Shown here: piece by piece, positions 39,194 through 64,000 of the stretch
Position numbering within the stretch: the stretch's first letter is position 1
Layout of the letters: each line of letters begins with the position of its first letter
DNA from: Balanoglossus misakiensis
Taxonomy: Eukaryota > Animalia > Hemichordata
NCBI GenBank assembly: GCA_040954595.2
Contig: CM082596.2
Location: 4,608,181-4,672,180, forward strand
Length of the DNA: 64,000 nt
Reading direction: 5' to 3'
Position numbers and translations under genes: made by a program
The notes under the pieces: model-generated
The model's input: the letters and a program-made list of their open reading frames with translations, nothing else
Told to the model about the DNA's origin: nothing
The model's database searches: none

Positions 39194-39703
39194 GGTTATT
39201 TTCTCCAAAAATTGAATGTTTATGAAGACAAAAATAACCGCCGAGCGACGGCTCTTACACCAACAAACACACAAGATTTGGAAAGATGAAGAACGTACGG
39301 TGGCATACCTTGCAAACTTGTCGCTCATCTATTCATGAATCTCCAAACAGGCCCAGGTGTGCTTGTGTCGGTGATGTCCGTCCAGGTGTACACGGTGGTC
39401 CGACTTGGGGCGCTGCGCTGAACTGAACTTCCGCAACAGATCAAAGACGAACCGTACACGCGTATTCCCAGAGACTTTGGTGTGAAAGAAGACAAAAATG
39501 CGAGTCAGTGAAAGAACGACCGAGCGCGACAGACATTCCTGCTTGTCGTCTGCAAAATTCATTCCTGTAGAATTTTCAAGAGGCGACGAGGCTGAACCCG
39601 TTTTCAGAACAGGTCTGCCTAAAAAGTTACTGAATAATAAAACCTTACCTAAACTACCTGCTGCGTACGCTGCACTCCAGGAAGTATAGTCTCGCTCCAA
39701 GGC
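39194..39703 (-). ncRNA. Candidate unclassified structured non-coding RNA / orphan transcript
   Basis: CpG-rich island between two convergent 3' UTRs; several hairpins with G-U pairs on the minus strand; upstream TATA and Staf-like motif; no recognised family. Confidence 0.35.
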
Positions 39704-39723
39704 ACAAATGCGCGTCCGTGTTT

Positions 39724-39861
39724 TGTATATAATATCCTGAAAGTTCCATATTCCTTATCGACAGGGACAGCGACTGCCATTACAGAATCTACAGGAAGTA
39801 GCAGTCGACGGATAAAGCACTGCACCATGGGAAATCACGCACATCAGGCTGGGCATGCGCA
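39724..39861 (-). promoter_or_regulatory. Promoter-like elements facing left: TATA, ETS-like, Staf/ZNF143(SPH)-like, NRF1-like
   Basis: TTATATAC (minus) 39725-39732; CAGGAAGT 39792-39799; TTCCCATGGTGCAGTGCT (minus) 39816-39833; GCATGCGCA 39853-39861. Confidence 0.4.
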
Positions 39862-39884
39862 GCTCGCTCTGCTCTGTACAGGTC

Positions 39885-39990
39885 AGGGACTGGTCAGTTT
39901 CTTCAGCCGGGGGGGGGGGGGGGTGTAGTCTATTGGAAAAGTGGGTGTGCCCCCCCCCCCCCCATCACCCAATTCCAACACGGCCCATCA
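39885..39990. mobile_element. Left end of the same transposon-like repeat family as 20490-20626
   Basis: AGGGACTGGTCAGTTTCTTCAGCC + poly-G, poly-C, CATCACCCAATTCCAA. Confidence 0.55.
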
Positions 39991-42900
39991 TGTTAAACTG
40001 CACACATCTTTTCTGACATTTCATATCTGTCATTTGCCTTGTACTTCTAAGCGCAGGTACAACACACAAACCCAAACACTGCACAAACAACACATCACTA
40101 TGGTAAAAAGATACTTTTATTTGAGAATCTTGGTAGAATATTGTATCTGCAATTTGAAAAAAAATCTGAATACAACATATGCCAGTAACACATAAACCTA
40201 AAGCAAAAAGAAACAAAATTAAAGAGTAATATATGTCGTGCCGACGACCCGTGCAAAAGTGTAAACTTTACAAAGGTGAAACTACATGAAATACAGCAAT
40301 GTCAACAAAAAAGTAATAATAACAGTTCCAGTATATTGTTGATAATCATTGTGACATGTCTAAAGAAGTAATTCTTGCATATTTGGAGATAACTCTGTTC
40401 GAAGCTGCACTAATTTAAATCTGCCGATATCACAACTAAAAAAAAATTTCTAGCGTGATAGATAACATGATTTCTACTTCAAATATTTTTTACATAGTGT
40501 TTTAATACTTGTGTTAGTTTGTGATCATACCTCCATGATACCATATTGTGGCAGTCTAAAATAAGAAGATTTATTCACCATTTGAGTGAATTAATATTAA
40601 TGCTCTTGGTATAACGAACGCAAATAAATTGGACCAGGTTTAGAAATAAGCAATACACATAATGTGTATGCATACCTTGAACCTTACCAAGTTGACGTAT
40701 AAAGGGTGTCAAACATTTTTTATGTAAATAGCAATAATTTTTTCCATCACATTTGATGATTCTGCTCAAGCCGTAAATGAGTCCTTTCGGGTGGAGAATG
40801 AAGATCTCGTTAAAACATCGGTATCTGATTAGAAAGTAACTCGTTTATCTAGTAATTAATTACCCAGCAATCAACGCTACAAACCACGCTCAGTTGATAT
40901 CACAGATACCATTGCTCAATTCAAAATCACTCCCATCATACCACCCTCTGAATTTGGTACAGTCTGATTAAACAATGGGTTGGTCCGGTCCACTGTGCAG
41001 GATAGGGGTGATCACTGACCATTCTTTATTTCACATGTGCATGAAGCATATATATAAATCCTTGTTAATACATTAGGTACATCTTGATTCTGAAAACATT
41101 AGCGGTATACATTTGTGACCTCTGAACCTGTTAAAATATTATAGGATAGATCATTGGATCCCCAGACAAACTATCAGAAAAGTACCAAAAATTTGAAATT
41201 CAAAATGGCTACCAATGTCTTGCTCGACTGTACAGGGAATAAAAGGTTTACCTCCATTAAAATTATCTTGTTTCCAAGAAAATGAAAACAATAAAATGCA
41301 ATTTATTTTAGCTGGAGTACATGGAGTACAAAACATACTATATATCACTGGTTAGACTGTTATAGAGATCTGAAGAATATTGTAAATGTTAATGGACACT
41401 CCTTTCCAAATAATGTTTAATCTATTTGCTCTGTTCAGTGATTACGGTACATTAGAATATATTGGCCGAGGTTATGAAACTGAATCCCAAAGTATTGGAT
41501 AAATTCTGGCAAGACATCCAATATCAAACAAAAAACACTACACGATGCTTAGAGTTTGTCATTCGGAATGGGTACAGGAAGTGTGACATTCGACCTATGG
41601 ACATAAAGGGCCCTCGTCAGAAAAAATAACACCACAAATTGGAAGTAAAAAGGCTGACAAACAAGTTTAAACATTTAAAGTGTGCTGGGAATTCTTTTAA
41701 GAATTTGGTCATTCTGAACTGAAATTTGTGTGAGAAATGTTGCAAGAATGGGTTTTCAATTTACTGGTCCCTCTACTTCTTCCCTATGACTAAAAGTACA
41801 GTAAAATCCCTATTTAATATTTGCATCACAACCGATTTTAAATTCCAAAACAATTTAACTAAGGGAAATTTTGGCTTGATGGTGACTGCAAATTATACCG
41901 CAAAAGCCACATGTAGCTTTTGGTGTCTGGTGTTGATTTGGGTGTCAGACAAGACGATCTGTAAAGCTTACTGTTTATTTCAGTCATTATTTGGAAGATC
42001 CTCATTTCAAGGGAAGACTGATTTTCTGTTCAAAATGTTAAGATTGTGGCCGTGTTACCATAAGTTCACATACACCCGGGCCCTCATAAACAGTGGAAAG
42101 ATACGAAAAATAAAATTTGATGTTCTGTAAAAATACATCTGACAGGAACAGATTTATACCTCCTGACTGGAATATTGTCACCTGACAATACATAGTTAAA
42201 TGCTAAGCTCAAAGTGTTTCTATCATCTTAATGGCCAGGGGAGACTTGGTTATTCAGTTTTAATAATATATGGCTTCACATTTTTACTCCTGAAGAGTCT
42301 CAATCGAGTCAATGTCGAACTATAGTAACGGGGAGTGAAAGGCTTAAATATGGTGGGCACTTGCTAAAACGTCTCACCATTTTTTAGTCATATCACTGTA
42401 AAACTGATTGAAATATTGGGTGAACACAAATGATAATGCCATCACTTTGAAATTCAATTATTGGCAGTAACTTAACTGTGATTATTTGTGTAAGCAGTAG
42501 ACAAGAAGAGCAAGAAATTGTTATAAAATGTTCAAAATATAATTTCTGATACCATCGCCGCATCAAAATGACGCTTACAAATTTTCTGACACAATAACTT
42601 GTATGTAACCTCTTGAATATACCAATACATGTGATATAAGCAGGTAGGCTATAAATTGGTCACTACATGATCCTTGCTAAGATATAAAACCCATGCTGAT
42701 TGGTTGAGAAAAATCCCATAATAGTATTACTGTTACTGACTGACTAATCAGCATCCAGCATGTTTCAGTCCACGTAAATGGTCGGCCATTTTTTCTTAAG
42801 ATAAGAGCACCTTGCTGTAACTTTGTCAGAGATTATCTACCGTAGCATCATTCTAACACACTGAAAATCTAAACTTTTATTTCCAATTTCTTGACTCAAT

Positions 42901-43473
42901 ATTTAAGTCAGTAGTCTTTCTACAAACTCCATGACACCCTTTTACCTTAACATGATTGTATACATCAATTTGAAAAAAAAAAATTATATTCCAGATTGGT
43001 AAAAATATGTATTAAAAAGTTCACCATTTGACATAATACAATGCTCAGAACTGAATTCAATTCTTTTTTAATAATAAAAAAAAATCTATGTTAGACTACA
43101 CTAAATTGAACAGCTGTTGGGCCAAGGTATGGTTTTACTGCTAAGGCTTCCCTTCAAAAAATAAAATCTGTTTTCTGTATTCACACAGAAAAGTATCAAT
43201 CTTCGGAATCCCAGACAGGAATGTTGAAGGAACTGGGTTATAAGTAGACGGCGACTGCATTACCGTAAGAACAAACACCACGAGGTTCAATGCGTCAATC
43301 ATTTCAACCCATTGGTGCCTGTTTCTGTATTTTTCAGAACAGCCCTGGTATATACACACAACACAGTGGGTGGTTCCATTTCGCTGGTATTGTAGGGGTG
43401 TAATGGTCTCAATCTAGGGTGATTTGTTGATTGTTTGCTTGTGACGGCGAAGAGAGATGTCCACAGATCATTT

Positions 43474-63020
<19,547 letters not shown>

Positions 63021-63564
63021 TCTGGCACTGGGACCAACTACAGTAGGTTAGGTGGACACCAACAACTGGACAGCTGACAAAACAAAGGCACCCTTGGAGA
63101 TTTCGGTGAAAAAGCCCTCTCTTTTGGAATCAAAGCAACGTCGTCCCCTTCAGACTGGTCACCAGTGAGAACAAAAGGGTTGGAACACCTATGAGATTAC
63201 GTGGAGCTGGAGTTATCGAGGTTGAACGGAAACTACTTCACATGCAAGACGCCATTTTGTATCGTCGCAAATGTGAAGCTGCTATGAATCATGGGATAGA
63301 AGCGGAAATTGAGACAGTTATTTTGGAAGAATGCACGACGTTTAGTTCCTTTTCATTGAGGGTTGAAATCGTGCGACAATTGCGCACTCCTGCCAGACTT
63401 TTTAAGTAGGTACGAAAATATCTCGTTCTGTACGAGGCCAGAAGTTTGATGACCCTTGATTACGCACGCATGCGCAAGGTATCTGTTCTACAACGCGGAA
63501 GTGCAACACCGCATCCAGCTGTTACGTGTTAGTTTGTTGTGCTTTTTGAAATGAAATTGTAATC
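63021..63564. promoter_or_regulatory. Bidirectional promoter between Ena and SRP9
   Basis: Starts ~545 bp apart; GCCATTTT (YY1-like) ~63251, CGCATGCGCA (NRF1-like) ~63467, CGGAAGTG (ETS-like) ~63496. Confidence 0.6.
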
Positions 63565-64000
63565 ATGACGTATATAACATCGTGGGAAGAATTTGCCAAG
63601 GCTTCGGAGAAACTATATCTCGCCAATCCAGACAAGGTAACGAATGATTTTTTGATATGCGAGTCACAAATCCCAGTTCCTCGCCGGCCGGTGCAAATCA
63701 TGACCCGCATTGGTTGTGAAACAAACATGTGGGAGTCTCATGCCACATTACATGTACACTCGCGTCAGCAATGGATTCACAAATCAGCGAGGCCTACCAG
63801 GTATATACATGTACCACAGTGCGGTGGTCGAACGAAGGGCAGCCCGAAAAACAACGCATTGCAGTCCTTTGTCTAACACGATTTATACAATTACAAAGAC
63901 AAGATGGCGTACATGTTTCTTGTTCAGTACACATGACTGAAAATCATTTTTTACCCCTTTCAGGTTCGCTTTGTGGTCAAATACAGACACTGTGATGGGA
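63565..64000 (+). CDS. SRP9: Signal recognition particle 9 kDa protein, 5' part (truncated by window end)
   Basis: Exon 63565-63636 MTYITSWEEFAKASEKLYLANPDK, exon from 63964 VRFVVKYRHCDG; matches SRP9 WEEF..AEKLYL..P.K.R.V.KYRH.DG. Confidence 0.93.

Noticed and set aside
39677-39694. GACTATACTT (U3-like) and ATACTT-CCTGG (U1-like) on the minus strand
   Set aside because: Only 10-11 nt match; downstream U3 boxes and U1 stems are absent
39194-39703. Telomerase RNA, RNase P/MRP or 7SK identity for the structured island
   Set aside because: No CTAACCCTAA template, no convincing CR-I/CR-V P4 pairing, no paired GATC motifs

Overview
Eukaryotic (bilaterian invertebrate) genomic DNA, AT-rich, with GT-AG introns mostly ~100-300 nt. 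Exons were read by hand. Six complete or near-complete spliced/unspliced genes plus the start of a seventh form three head-to-head pairs and one single gene: a HECT-less G2E3/PHF7-like PHD protein (-) / KLHDC1/2-like kelch CRL substrate receptor (+); intronless MRPL3 (-) / CDKAL1 (+); ninein (+); Ena/VASP (-) / SRP9 (+, runs off the window). A probable first coding exon of an unidentified gene points left from 6803. Several small MITE-like repeats lie in introns. Most notable observations: (i) a probable alternative ninein exon packed with about 14 LC8/DYNLL-type TQT/VQT motifs, still expanding by tandem duplication and preceded by a double TACTAAC; (ii) an orphan, apparently structured transcription unit with an snRNA-like promoter at about 39.2-39.9 kb; (iii) a CaaX-terminated KLHDC; (iv) a multi-SIM tail replacing the HECT domain of G2E3; (v) several alternative first exons of Ena, including an EVH1-less start. 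No prokaryotic features, CRISPR arrays, rRNA or tRNA were seen. All homology calls are from motif recognition, not database searches.
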